From: Chloroflexota bacterium
GTDB taxonomy: Bacteria > Chloroflexota > Dormibacteria > CF-121
DNA: 64,000 bases
Assembly: GCA_005889225.1 (NCBI GenBank)
Contig: VBEW01000016.1
Coordinates: forward strand, 2,229 to 66,228
Reading direction: 5' to 3'
A program made the translations under genes and the position numbers. Shown in pieces: positions 36,212 to 46,500 of this stretch (the stretch's first letter is position 1; each line of letters begins with the position of its first letter). Below the pieces are notes generated by a model. It had not been told where the DNA came from. It was given only the letters and a program-made list of their open reading frames with translations, and did no database searches.

Positions 36212-37492
36212 TCAGTCGGCGGGAAAGAAGCGGGGCAGATGCGAGCGGTTCGCCTCGAGGAGCGCGTGCAGGAGACCGTCGGCCGTGCTGTAGCCGGGGA
36301 CCAGCGGGTTGGCCAGCAGCGCCTTGAGGGCGGCGGCTCGATCGCCGTTGATCGCGGCTTTGACAGCCAGCCGCTCATAGGCCTTCACCTGCTGGACGAG
36401 GCCCGCCAACTCGGGCGCCAGCGAAGCGAGCGGCGCCGGATGAGCGCCCTGCCGATCGATGCGCGCCGGGATCTCGACGACGGCGTCGTCGGGAAGGTCG
36501 GGTATCGCCCCGGCGTTGCGCACGTCGACGGCCTGGAGATCGCCAGTGCCGGCGTAGAGGGAGGCGATCAGCTGGGCGGCAGCCTCGCTGTAGTAGGCGC
36601 CGCCGCGCTGCTCGAGCAGGGCTGGTTTCTCGTCGAGTGCCGGGTCCTCATACATCTGCAGCAGCGTTCGCTCGATCGCCATGACCTCCTCGGCTCGCGA
36701 TCGCTTGCCACCCGACAGCTGCTCGGCCAGGACCTCCCCGGTGCAGTAGTAGTACCGGAGGTAATAGGACGGAATCGCAGCCAGCAGTTGAATGAGGTCG
36801 ACTGGAATTTTGATCTCGGCCGCAATCTCGGCACCGGATCGATGGATCAGATCTGGCAGCCGATCCTTTCCCTCGACCACGGCGGCGCGCACCCACGTCA
36901 GGTGATTCAAGCCCACGTGCTCGAGTGCGACGTCGTTGGGTGCGACGCCCAGCAGGCGGGCGACCATGCGCTGAAACCCCATCGCCGAGTTGCAGAGCCC
37001 GATCGCCCGGTGGCCCTCGTCGAGCAGCGCCTGCATCACGATACCCACCGGGTTGGTGAAGTCGACGATCCAGGCGTGCTTCGCGGACCGGCGGCTCACC
37101 TCCTCGGCGATGTCGAGGACCACTGGCACGGTGCGCAGCGCCTTGGCGAAGCCGCCGGGGCCGGTGGTTTCCTGCCCGATGGTCGAGAATTCGAGTGGCA
37201 GGGTCTCATCGAGCAGGCGGGCCTGCTGGCCGCCCACGCGCAACTGGATGACGATGAAGTCGGCGCCCTCCAACGCCTGGTTCCGGTCAGCCGTCAGCGT
37301 CAGAACGCCCGGCCAGCCCCGCTTTGTCAGAATGCGGCGGGCAAACCCACCGACGACCTGGAGTCGCTGGGGATTCAGGTCCAGGAGGACCAGCTCGTCG
37401 ATCGGCAGGCGCCCGGCATGAGTGGCGAAGCCCTCGATCAGTTCCGGCGTGTAGGTGCTGCCCCCGCCGACGACCGCAATCTTGACGCCCAC
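36212..37492 (-). CDS. Glycoside hydrolase family 4 enzyme (NAD+/Mn2+-dependent 6-phospho-glycosidase/alpha- or beta-glycosidase)
   Basis: VKIAVVGGGSTYTPELI Rossmann start, GLCNSAMG and NHLTW GH4 blocks; GTG start inferred at 37492; rest of the 622-aa track ORF is artefact. Confidence 0.8.
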   Translation of the reverse strand: MGVKIAVVGGGSTYTPELIEGFATHAGRLPIDELVLLDLNPQRLQVVGGFARRILTKRGWPGVLTLTADRNQALEGADFIVIQLRVGGQQARLLDETLPLEFSTIGQETTGPGGFAKALRTVPVVLDIAEEVSRRSAKHAWIVDFTNPVGIVMQALLDEGHRAIGLCNSAMGFQRMVARLLGVAPNDVALEHVGLNHLTWVRAAVVEGKDRLPDLIHRSGAEIAAEIKIPVDLIQLLAAIPSYYLRYYYCTGEVLAEQLSGGKRSRAEEVMAIERTLLQMYEDPALDEKPALLEQRGGAYYSEAAAQLIASLYAGTGDLQAVDVRNAGAIPDLPDDAVVEIPARIDRQGAHPAPLASLAPELAGLVQQVKAYERLAVKAAINGDRAAALKALLANPLVPGYSTADGLLHALLEANRSHLPRFFPAD

Positions 37493-37578
37493 CTCGAGCG
37501 ATGTTACGCGAAAGAGTGAAAAATTGTTAGAGAAGTTTCCTGATCCAGGTACCGACGCGCGCGCTTCGAAGGTCACGC

Positions 37579-38613
37579 ATGAGTGAAACGGTGCGCGCCG
37601 CGGTCCTGGCGGTTGATGGCGGGGACTCCAAGACCGACGTCGTGCTGCTCGATCGGCGCGGCGGGATCCTGGGAGCGAGACGGAGGAAGAGCTCCGGTCA
37701 CGCCGGGCTCGGCCGGCTGGAGGCACTCGAGACGATCGATGGGGCCATCCGCTCGGTCTGTAATGAGATCGGCGCGGATCCGGATCGGCGGCCGGTCGCG
37801 GACGTCGGGGTCTACTGCCTCGCCGGAGCCGACCTGCCGCTCGATGACCGCCGTATCGGCCGCGATGTTTCCGGCCGCGGGTGGACCCGAAAGAATCTGG
37901 TGCGAAACGACACCTTTGCCGTGCTTCGTGCCGGCACCGACCGGGGCTGGGGCGTGGGGATCGTCTGCGGCGCCGGGATGAACTGCGCCGGTGTTGGCCC
38001 CGATGGGCGGGTCGTCCGCTTTCCCGCGCTCGGAGAAATCTCTGGTGACCTGGCGGCGGGAGGTGGATGGATCGGCACACAAGCGATCGCCCATGCGATG
38101 CGGGCTCAGGACGGCCGGGGACCGCGCACGGTGCTCGAAGAGCTGGTGCCCGCGCATTTCAAGCGCACCCGCCCCAGCGCCGTCGTGGAGGCGTTTTATG
38201 TTGGCCGGCTCGACCACCGGCGGGTCGCCGAGCTTCCACCGCTGGTTTTCTCGGCTGCCCGGCAGGGCGACGCCGTGGCGCAGCAGATCATCGATCGGGT
38301 CGCCGATGAGATTGTCGCGTTCGCGCTGGCCAGCATCCGGCGGCTGCGCCTGACGGCGCGCGATGTCGAAGTGATCCTGGGTGGCGGAATCTTTCGCACG
38401 GATGACCAGGGGTTTCTGAAGCGGATCGAGCGCGGAGTCCGCGAGGTGGCGCCACGCGCAGTGCTTCGCAGGCTTGAATCCCCGCCGGTGGTCGGCGCCG
38501 GGCTGATCGGCCTGGATGAGCTCGGGGTCGCGCGCGCCCGGGCGGCCGGGTTGCGCGCCGTCCTTACCGATGCACGGCTCACCAGCCCGAACAGCGGCCG
38601 ATCAGCGCCCTAG
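37579..38613 (+). CDS. BadF/BadG/BcrA/BcrD-type ATPase family sugar kinase (N-acetylglucosamine kinase-like)
   Basis: N-terminal AVLAVDGGDSKTDVVLLD (DGGxTKT-type) and ASKHA fold blocks; divergent from GH4 gene. Confidence 0.75.
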   Translation: MSETVRAAVLAVDGGDSKTDVVLLDRRGGILGARRRKSSGHAGLGRLEALETIDGAIRSVCNEIGADPDRRPVADVGVYCLAGADLPLDDRRIGRDVSGRGWTRKNLVRNDTFAVLRAGTDRGWGVGIVCGAGMNCAGVGPDGRVVRFPALGEISGDLAAGGGWIGTQAIAHAMRAQDGRGPRTVLEELVPAHFKRTRPSAVVEAFYVGRLDHRRVAELPPLVFSAARQGDAVAQQIIDRVADEIVAFALASIRRLRLTARDVEVILGGGIFRTDDQGFLKRIERGVREVAPRAVLRRLESPPVVGAGLIGLDELGVARARAAGLRAVLTDARLTSPNSGRSAP

Positions 38614-38726
38614 CCGGACTTGGTTCTGTGCCCTAACGCTGAGCCGGGTAGGAGAATTGGGAGGCAATCCACTGACCGGTCTAGTAGTCGATCGCTACCC
38701 ATTGGGACGTCGGGTCGCAGGATCCA

Positions 38727-39017
38727 TCAGCAGAGTAAGTGCCACTGGCCATTGAACGTAACGACCCATGCCCAGCGGTGCGTTGGTTGGTCCAAGCCGG
38801 TGTCGAAATTACGCTTGATTTCGGCCGACTTTACGCTAACGGCACCAGTTCCGGAAAGTCCCCATGCCAGCTGAATCGCATCCGACCGCGAGATACCGCT
38901 GCCTGGACTCTCGGCCTGCTGCAGTGCAAGAACCACAGCTGCGGTGATGACCACGGCGAGGCCACCTAGCAGGAGCAGGACCCGATGCCTGACGAACCTC
39001 CCCTTCCTAAAATGCAT
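38727..39017 (-). CDS. Hypothetical small membrane-anchored/secreted protein
   Basis: TM/signal segment VLLLLGGLAVVITAAVVLAL then ~60-aa domain; lower-GC region; weak SD; start uncertain. Confidence 0.35.
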   Translation of the reverse strand: MHFRKGRFVRHRVLLLLGGLAVVITAAVVLALQQAESPGSGISRSDAIQLAWGLSGTGAVSVKSAEIKRNFDTGLDQPTHRWAWVVTFNGQWHLLC

Positions 39018-39128
39018 TGTCAGACACATAACGCGAGGTAAAGGCCAGTCCAACGGCGCCGGCCGATGATTTCTCGGCAAAACCGTCGTCTAGATGACTG
39101 TGCAGGATCACCAAGGCAGGAGAGGAAC

Positions 39129-40265
39129 ATGAGCGAACTTCAGCAGCAGGTTCAGGCAGCGATCGACAAGCTCGTCGACTCAGGAGAGGAACGCGGTATC
39201 CAGGTCGCCGTCTTCCACCGCGGTCAACCAGTGGTCGAGGCAGTCGCCGGCGTCGCGGACGCGAGTACGGGGCGCCCGGTCGGCTCAGACACGCCGTTTT
39301 ACAACTACTCGATCGTCAAGGGTGCCGCGGCAACCATCGCCCACATCCTTGTCGATCGAGGTCTGTTCGGCTACGACACGCCGGTCGCCAAAATCTGGCC
39401 CGAGTTCGGCGCCCGCGGCAAGCAGACCGTGACGATTCGGCAGGTGCTGAATCATTCGGCCGGCGTGCCCCAGATTCCGCTGGACACGACCCCAGAGGAC
39501 CTCTGCAACTGGGACAAGATGTGCGCGGCCATCGCCGATCAGGAGCTGTGGTGGGAGCCGGGGACCAAGATCGGCTATCACGCCTACACTTTCGGCTACA
39601 TCGTGGGCGAGGTCGTTCGCCGCGCCACCGGGAAGCGGATCTCCCAGCTTCTGGCGGATGAGGTCGCTGGCCCGTTGGGCGTGGCTGATGAGATCTACTT
39701 CGGGATGCCCGCATCGCAGCAGCCCCGGCTGGCGCGATTGGAGGACGCGCCCCCCGATCCGCAGATGGCGGCCCAGATGGCAGCCATGCCGCCCGACCTG
39801 CCGATGTTCAAGGCTGCGCCGATGACCCTGATGCCGACGGCCCAGCTGGGCAATCGAAGCGACATCCTCGCCGCCGATATCCCGGCTGGAGGCAAGACGT
39901 CGGCACGGGCCATTGCCCGGATGTATGCGGCGTTGCTCGATCGAGTGGATGGGGTGCGGCTCATCTCGCCCGAGCGGCTGCGGGAGGCGACGGCGGTCTC
40001 GATGAGCGGCGCCGACCAGGTTTTTGGCATGCCGACCACCTGGGGGCTGGGGTACTCAATCGGTCGCTTAGGAGCAAGTCCGCAGGAGTCATCGACAGCG
40101 TTCGGCGTCGGTGGGGCTGGTGGCAGCTTCGCCTACGGCGACACCGCCAGCGGGATTGCATTCGGTCTGACCAAGAACCGGCTCAGCAACGACTTTGGCA
40201 CGGCCACCCAGATCGTCCAGCTGGTCAACGAACGGCTTGCGGTTGGGAGCGCGCCTAGTCGGTAG
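39129..40265 (+). CDS. Serine hydrolase, beta-lactamase/transpeptidase-like family (class C beta-lactamase/esterase-like)
   Basis: SIVKG (SxxK), YHAYTFG, LNHSAGV motifs; ATG at 39129 with AGGAGAGGAAC SD. Confidence 0.75.
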   Translation: MSELQQQVQAAIDKLVDSGEERGIQVAVFHRGQPVVEAVAGVADASTGRPVGSDTPFYNYSIVKGAAATIAHILVDRGLFGYDTPVAKIWPEFGARGKQTVTIRQVLNHSAGVPQIPLDTTPEDLCNWDKMCAAIADQELWWEPGTKIGYHAYTFGYIVGEVVRRATGKRISQLLADEVAGPLGVADEIYFGMPASQQPRLARLEDAPPDPQMAAQMAAMPPDLPMFKAAPMTLMPTAQLGNRSDILAADIPAGGKTSARAIARMYAALLDRVDGVRLISPERLREATAVSMSGADQVFGMPTTWGLGYSIGRLGASPQESSTAFGVGGAGGSFAYGDTASGIAFGLTKNRLSNDFGTATQIVQLVNERLAVGSAPSR

Positions 40266-40269
40266 TCGG

Positions 40270-40683
40270 TTAGTGCGGCTGGTCGTCGCGGCTCATGCCG
40301 TTCGGTGAATAGCCCTTCTGCGCGTGGCGCGCGGTGACGACCGTCTTGATGTTTCCGCGGACGTTGAAGTCACCGACCACTTCTATGAACCGAGGGTTGA
40401 CCAGGGCGACGAGGTCATCCAGGATGCGGTTGACGGCGGTCTCGTGGAACATTTCCTGGTCCCGGAACTTGTTGATGTAAAGCTTGAGTGACTTGAGCTC
40501 GACCAGCTTGTGGTCAGGGATGTAGTGAATCCGGATGGTGGCGAAGTCGGGGAAGTTCGACTGCGGACAGAGACAGGTGAACTCGGGAATCGTGAAGTCG
40601 ATTTCGTAGTCACGTTCCGGGTTGCCGTTCTCCACCGCCTGCAGCGTCGACTCCGCGATCATCTTCGCGCCGTATTTCATCAC
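40270..40683 (-). CDS. queF: NADPH-dependent 7-cyano-7-deazaguanine reductase QueF (type I, preQ0 reductase)
   Basis: EFTCLCPQSNFPDFATI catalytic-Cys motif and ELKSLKLY QueF motif; near full-length similarity to YkvM-type QueF. Confidence 0.85.
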   Translation of the reverse strand: MMKYGAKMIAESTLQAVENGNPERDYEIDFTIPEFTCLCPQSNFPDFATIRIHYIPDHKLVELKSLKLYINKFRDQEMFHETAVNRILDDLVALVNPRFIEVVGDFNVRGNIKTVVTARHAQKGYSPNGMSRDDQPH

Positions 40684-40695
40684 CCTATGCTACCG

Positions 40696-41388
40696 TCAGC
40701 CGGCCAGGCGAAATGGGTTGAAGTCGGTCCCGATGTCGAACGGATCCTGGTGCTCGCGCCGCTTGAGGACCCGCACCACCGCATAGGTCAGCGGGGTGGC
40801 GACGATTTCATAGGCGGTCTTGAACGCCCACTGGTAAAGGATGGTGCGCAGCAGCAGCGGGGCCGGGAGAACGCCGGCAAAGGCGCCAGTGATGAAAATC
40901 GCCGAGTCGATACCCTGCCCGATCAAGGTCGAGCTGATGGTCCGGGTCCACAACCAGCGGCCCTGGGTGGCGATCTTCAGTCGTGCCATCACGAATGAGT
41001 TGAGGAACTCACCAGCCAGATAGGCGACGAATGACGCCACCAGCAGGCGCGGCGTGAAGCCGAGGATGCGCCCAAACGCTGATTGGGCGTTCGCATCCCA
41101 GGCCCCCGGAGCGCCGGGCAGCGCACCGGCCGCCAGGATGAAGAGGACGAACACGAGGTTGCACCCAAAGCCCAACCAGATGACGCGGCGGGTGACGGCG
41201 TAGCCGTAGACCTCGGTCAGGACATCGCCAAATAGGTAGGAGAGGGGGAAGACGATGACCGCGGCCGGAAGGATCATGGGCCCGAAGGCAATCAGCTTGA
41301 CGGCGATCAGGTTTGATGTCAGCAAGACCGTGACGAAGAGCGCGCTGAGGGCGAGCAGCAGCGGTGAGGTCCGTGCGGTCGATCGCAC
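40696..41388 (-). CDS. Queuosine precursor transporter (YhhQ/DUF165 family)
   Basis: VKLIAFGPMILPAAVIVFPLSYLFGDVLTEVYGY block typical of YhhQ; 6 TM; adjacent to queF. Confidence 0.7.
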   Translation of the reverse strand: MRSTARTSPLLLALSALFVTVLLTSNLIAVKLIAFGPMILPAAVIVFPLSYLFGDVLTEVYGYAVTRRVIWLGFGCNLVFVLFILAAGALPGAPGAWDANAQSAFGRILGFTPRLLVASFVAYLAGEFLNSFVMARLKIATQGRWLWTRTISSTLIGQGIDSAIFITGAFAGVLPAPLLLRTILYQWAFKTAYEIVATPLTYAVVRVLKRREHQDPFDIGTDFNPFRLAG

Positions 41389-41418
41389 GGCGCTTAGTGT
41401 ACGGTCGCATCGCGACCG

Positions 41419-42477
41419 TCAGGGCGTGACGGTGAGCGCCGTGGCCGAACTGACGATCGTGCCGTCCCCGTTTGTCAGCTGGATCACGTAATCCTGGACC
41501 ACCTGCCCGGCTGGCACTTTGACGGTCAGCGTCGACGAACTGACCAGGGTCGGCGCCAGGCCGGTGAAGGCGCCGCTCGGGCTCGCAACTGGTACAAAGC
41601 GAATGCGAAGCGCCCGGCCCTCGATGAAGCCGGTGCCCTGGATGGTCACGACGGTGGCCTGCCCGGTCGAGACGCGCGAGGGGCTGACCGCCTGTACGGT
41701 CGGTCCGGAGCTGGGCGGCGGGCTGGCGGTGCCGTTCGTCCGAAGCACCAGGTATGCCGGAAACGGCGCCAGTGCTGCGGGTGTTCCGGGTTGACCGTGC
41801 CATTGGGCGATGTCGGGCTGTGCCAGGTTGATGGGAAGCGCGGTTCCGCTGGCGGTCAGTATCCCGAGCACTTTGCCGCCGGGTCCGACCACCGGCCCGC
41901 CGACATTACCCGGGAGGTCTTCCGCCTGCAGCCGCAATTGGGTATCCGTCGTGCTGCTGACGAACGCCGAGGTCGCGGCCGGGAGGTTTTCGATCCGCGG
42001 GTTCGACAGCAGGACGACTGGGTCGTTACGAAGCAAGACGGCCGGATTACCCAGCGGCATCGGTCGTCCCTGCGCGGTTACCCGCACCTGGGCGATCCCC
42101 AGGGCGGGGTCGATGCCCACCAGGTTAACCGTATGCATGCTGCCGCTGTTGTCCACCAGCCGGAGACTCTCGCCGCCGCTGACCAGGCGCGCCGCCGTGA
42201 GGAAATCGCCTTGCGGATCGATCAGAAATGCGGTCCCGAAGGTGTGGCTGTTGACGATCGTCACCACGCCCTCGAGGGCTCGATCGAGCTCGTCAGGTAG
42301 CAGCACCGAGGCCGGCGGCGCAGTTGGCGTCGGGGTCGGCGGCGGCGTTGCGCTGGGACGAAACGCCATCAGGCGCTGGGCCGCCGTGGGGATGAGGACG
42401 GCGGCCCCGACCAGGACCAGGCTGATGACGAGGGCGGCGAGCAGTTGCTCCAGCCGGCTCTTGGGCAGGCGGCTCAC
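41419..42477 (-). CDS. Membrane-anchored trypsin-like (HtrA/S1C-fold) pseudo-protease with C-terminal IPT/TIG domain
   Basis: S1C-like blocks GTAFLIDPQGDFLTAARLV (His replaced by Arg) and PGNVGGPVV (Ser replaced by Val); IPT-like C-terminus; track start 42540 also possible, GTG at 42477 preferred. Confidence 0.55.
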   Translation of the reverse strand: MSRLPKSRLEQLLAALVISLVLVGAAVLIPTAAQRLMAFRPSATPPPTPTPTAPPASVLLPDELDRALEGVVTIVNSHTFGTAFLIDPQGDFLTAARLVSGGESLRLVDNSGSMHTVNLVGIDPALGIAQVRVTAQGRPMPLGNPAVLLRNDPVVLLSNPRIENLPAATSAFVSSTTDTQLRLQAEDLPGNVGGPVVGPGGKVLGILTASGTALPINLAQPDIAQWHGQPGTPAALAPFPAYLVLRTNGTASPPPSSGPTVQAVSPSRVSTGQATVVTIQGTGFIEGRALRIRFVPVASPSGAFTGLAPTLVSSSTLTVKVPAGQVVQDYVIQLTNGDGTIVSSATALTVTP

Positions 42478-42541
42478 AGTGTTGAAACGAGGATGGCCGG
42501 GCTTTCTTGGAGTCGCGCCGGTTTCGTATACATTCATCACG

Positions 42542-43741
<1,200 letters not shown>

Positions 43742-43838
43742 TGGGGGAGGGAGATCACGATTTCCGGCGTATGCCTTCTAATACGTAGGCCGTCGGCCGG
43801 CTATTCGCTGCCGTCGTCGCGCCTGCGTGACGCCCCGC

Positions 43839-44267
43839 TTACGCGGTCTCGGTGATGCGGTGAACGCGTGGTAACCGCGGCGGCGGAAAGGGCGGCAGGT
43901 CGGTTGGGCCGCGTCGCTCGAGCAGCTCGCGCAGCGCGGCCGTCTCGACGACCAACCGCTCGACGTCGATCGTCATGCAGGCCGGTCGATAGGGCTCCAG
44001 CTTGGCCAGCCCGTGGCCGAGCTTCGCCACCGCGCCGCGCCAGTTGCCGCGGCGCCAGTGGTAGAAGCCAACGCCCACCTGCAGGATGCCCTGGTAGAGG
44101 TAGCGAACCGCGTCCGGCTCCTTGATCCAGATCCCTTCGAGCGTCTCATGCTGTTCAAAGAACTCCTGACGGTTGAACTCCTCGATGCCGCGCAGCAGCG
44201 CCGCCGGAGGTGGATCAGCACAGCGCCCGGTGCGGCGCGGTGCCGTCTTCTTGAACCGCAGGCTCAC
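43839..44267 (-). CDS. DUF309 domain protein
   Basis: EFNRQEFFEQHETLEGIW...YQGILQVGVGFYH block typical of DUF309; start uncertain. Confidence 0.55.
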   Translation of the reverse strand: MSLRFKKTAPRRTGRCADPPPAALLRGIEEFNRQEFFEQHETLEGIWIKEPDAVRYLYQGILQVGVGFYHWRRGNWRGAVAKLGHGLAKLEPYRPACMTIDVERLVVETAALRELLERRGPTDLPPFPPPRLPRVHRITETA

Positions 44268-45484
44268 GCCGTGGCGCCGGTTGCGGTCGACGCCCGGGCC
44301 GAGTCGCCGTCGGGCGACGCCGCGGGCAGCTCCAGATAGAAGGTTGTGCCTTTGCCTTCCAGGCTGTTGGCCCAGGCCCGTCCACCGTGCGCCTCCGCCA
44401 CCCGGCGAAGCAAATAGAGGCCGAGCCCCTGGCCGCGGGCGGGCTGATCTTCTGCCAACGGGCCGAAGAGGTCTTCGAGCCGATCGGCCGACATGCCCGG
44501 GCCGTCATCCTTGACGATCAGCTGGTAACGGTTGGCGCTCGCCTGCCGCAGCCGAAGCTGGACGACGGTCGCGCTGCGCGCGTGCCTGAAGACGTTATGC
44601 AACATCTCGTCAAGCGCCGCCTCCATCAGGGTGGCGTCGCCCCAAACATCGACCTCGGTATCGAGCTGCAGCCGTAGCTCCATGCCGGCGCGAGCCATCC
44701 GGTCGCGGACCCGCTGCGCCGCTGATTGCGCGATCGCTCCCAGCGAGACGCGGACGGTGAAGGCCAGCTCGAGCGGGAGTCGCGACAGGAGCAGGACCTG
44801 GTCGGCGACGCGCATCAGGGTCTCCGACTGGAGGGCGAGGCGCTCCGCCACTAGCGGCATCTGGTCCGCCGGAACCTCGTCGTTGGCGAGCATATCGGCG
44901 TAGTTACGCAGGATCGCCAGCGGTTCCTTGACCTCTTCCGATGCCAGCCGCACCACGGAGACTGGAGTGCGCGGCTGGCCGTTGGTCGACCGCGATTCCG
45001 AATGCAGGCGGGGCGCCAGCAATCCCGCCACGATCAACAGTAGGTCCTGGTCCATCTCGCTAAAGCTGCGCGGGCCCTTGCCGATGACTCCCAGGGTCCC
45101 GGTCACCTCTCCCCGCGCCGGGAAGGACGTTCCAAGGTAACTCACGATCCCCAATTGCTGCCGCATCGCCAGGCTTTTGAAAGGCTGGCGTTTGCTCGCG
45201 TCGCGAATATTGAGCACCCCGCCCTCCATCTCTTCGTCGACTGCCGCAAACGTATCCTCGAGCGCCATTCGAAGTCCGGGGTCGATGGGGGGCCCGCTCT
45301 GAACGGATGCGGCAATGATCTCGAACGAGTGGCCCTCGATCCTGGCGTAAAAGGCGGCTCGCGCATCGAGCGCCTGGTTAAGACAGGTCAGCGCCTGGTC
45401 GATCAGCTCGGGGAGCGGCCTGGCGAGATTGACGACCACCAGGTGGCGGACCAGGCTGAGGGGTGGCTGGCGGTCGGAGCTCAT
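44264..45484 (-). CDS. GAF domain sensor histidine-kinase-like protein lacking the phosphoacceptor His
   Basis: N-terminal GAF; DHp-like SEEVKEPLAILRNYADML (canonical SHELRTPL with His to Glu); HATPase_c N, G1 (DDGPGM), G2 (GLGL) boxes present. Confidence 0.7.
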   Translation of the reverse strand: MSSDRQPPLSLVRHLVVVNLARPLPELIDQALTCLNQALDARAAFYARIEGHSFEIIAASVQSGPPIDPGLRMALEDTFAAVDEEMEGGVLNIRDASKRQPFKSLAMRQQLGIVSYLGTSFPARGEVTGTLGVIGKGPRSFSEMDQDLLLIVAGLLAPRLHSESRSTNGQPRTPVSVVRLASEEVKEPLAILRNYADMLANDEVPADQMPLVAERLALQSETLMRVADQVLLLSRLPLELAFTVRVSLGAIAQSAAQRVRDRMARAGMELRLQLDTEVDVWGDATLMEAALDEMLHNVFRHARSATVVQLRLRQASANRYQLIVKDDGPGMSADRLEDLFGPLAEDQPARGQGLGLYLLRRVAEAHGGRAWANSLEGKGTTFYLELPAASPDGDSARASTATGATA

Positions 45485-45579
45485 GAGAGGGCGCCCACGG
45501 TTATATCACGCCGGCCCTGATTTCTCTCCGGAGGAAGGCAGGCCGGTGGCTGCCGGATACCACATAAAATGGGCGACCA

Positions 45580-46458
45580 TTGGCTGAGGTATCCAACGGT
45601 CGGGCGAACCTGCACCTGCACACGATATTTAGCGATGGGGAGCTGCCGCCGGCGGAGGTGGTCAAAGCGCACGCCGACGCCGGCTTTACGGTGATTGCCC
45701 TGACAGACCATGACACGCTGGCCGGCATCGATGCCATCGGTGGACTCGATGGGCAGGGCGTTCGGCTGATTGCCGGCGTCGAGTTGTCGATCGAGGACGA
45801 GCCACGCCGCGGCCTGGTTGACGCTCACCTCCTCGGCTACGGATTTGCCCTCAACCACCGCCGCCTCCGGAATCGCCTGCATCAGGCCAGCGAGGCCCGG
45901 GAGGCGCAGAAGCGGGAGACCGTGCGCCGGCTGGCGGCAGCCGGGTTTGACGTCGAGTGGGAAGCCGTGCGGTCCCGCGCTCGAGGCAACGTCGGCAAGC
46001 CCCATATCGTGGCGGCCATCGAGGCGGCGCAGCCAGGGGTGAAACGCGAGGAGCTCTACGCCGTCATGGGACCGGGCGGCGCGGCCTCCGTGGCCCGGGC
46101 GAAAGACCTGTCGCTCGAGGAGGCGGTGGATTTGATCACCGGCGCCGGCGGAGTCAGCGTGCTGGCGCACCCCGGTGTGTACACGCATGTCCCCGATCTC
46201 GAGCTGCTGTTCCGGACCTGTGCGGTCGCCGGTGTCCTGGGGCTGGAGGTCACCTATCCCCAGGCTCCCGACGATCCGTATGGACCGAAAAGCGCCGCGC
46301 TCATGGATCGGTTCGCAAAGACTGCTGCATCGTACGGCTGGGTCGCGAGCGGAGGCGATGATTTCCACGGGCCCACGGTGACACCGCTGATCCGGTTGGC
46401 GGCGTGGACAGCGACCCCGGCCAGTTGCGCCGACGAGCTGCTGGCGCGCCGCAGCTGA
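45580..46458 (+). CDS. PHP domain metal-dependent phosphoesterase (TrpH/YciV-like)
   Basis: ANLHLHTIFSDG and TDHDT PHP motifs; TTG start assumed. Confidence 0.7.
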   Translation: MAEVSNGRANLHLHTIFSDGELPPAEVVKAHADAGFTVIALTDHDTLAGIDAIGGLDGQGVRLIAGVELSIEDEPRRGLVDAHLLGYGFALNHRRLRNRLHQASEAREAQKRETVRRLAAAGFDVEWEAVRSRARGNVGKPHIVAAIEAAQPGVKREELYAVMGPGGAASVARAKDLSLEEAVDLITGAGGVSVLAHPGVYTHVPDLELLFRTCAVAGVLGLEVTYPQAPDDPYGPKSAALMDRFAKTAASYGWVASGGDDFHGPTVTPLIRLAAWTATPASCADELLARRS

Positions 46459-46500
46459 ATTTCTCCCTCCCCCCTTGCGGGGGAGGGTCGGGGTGGAGGG
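46459..46500 (+). repeat. G-rich palindromic repeat copy 2 (TCCCTCCCCCC-TTG-CGGGGGAGGG + TCGGGGTGGAGGG)
   Basis: Exactly fills the gap between convergent stop codons (46458 and 46501); near identical to copies 1 and 3. Confidence 0.65.

Noticed and set aside
43742-43838. GGGGGAGGGAG stretch after the mshC-like stop as a fourth copy of the palindromic repeat
   Set aside because: Only the G-rich arm is present (TCTCTT...GGGGGAGGGAGA), with no matching 10-bp stem. It is at best a degenerate remnant.
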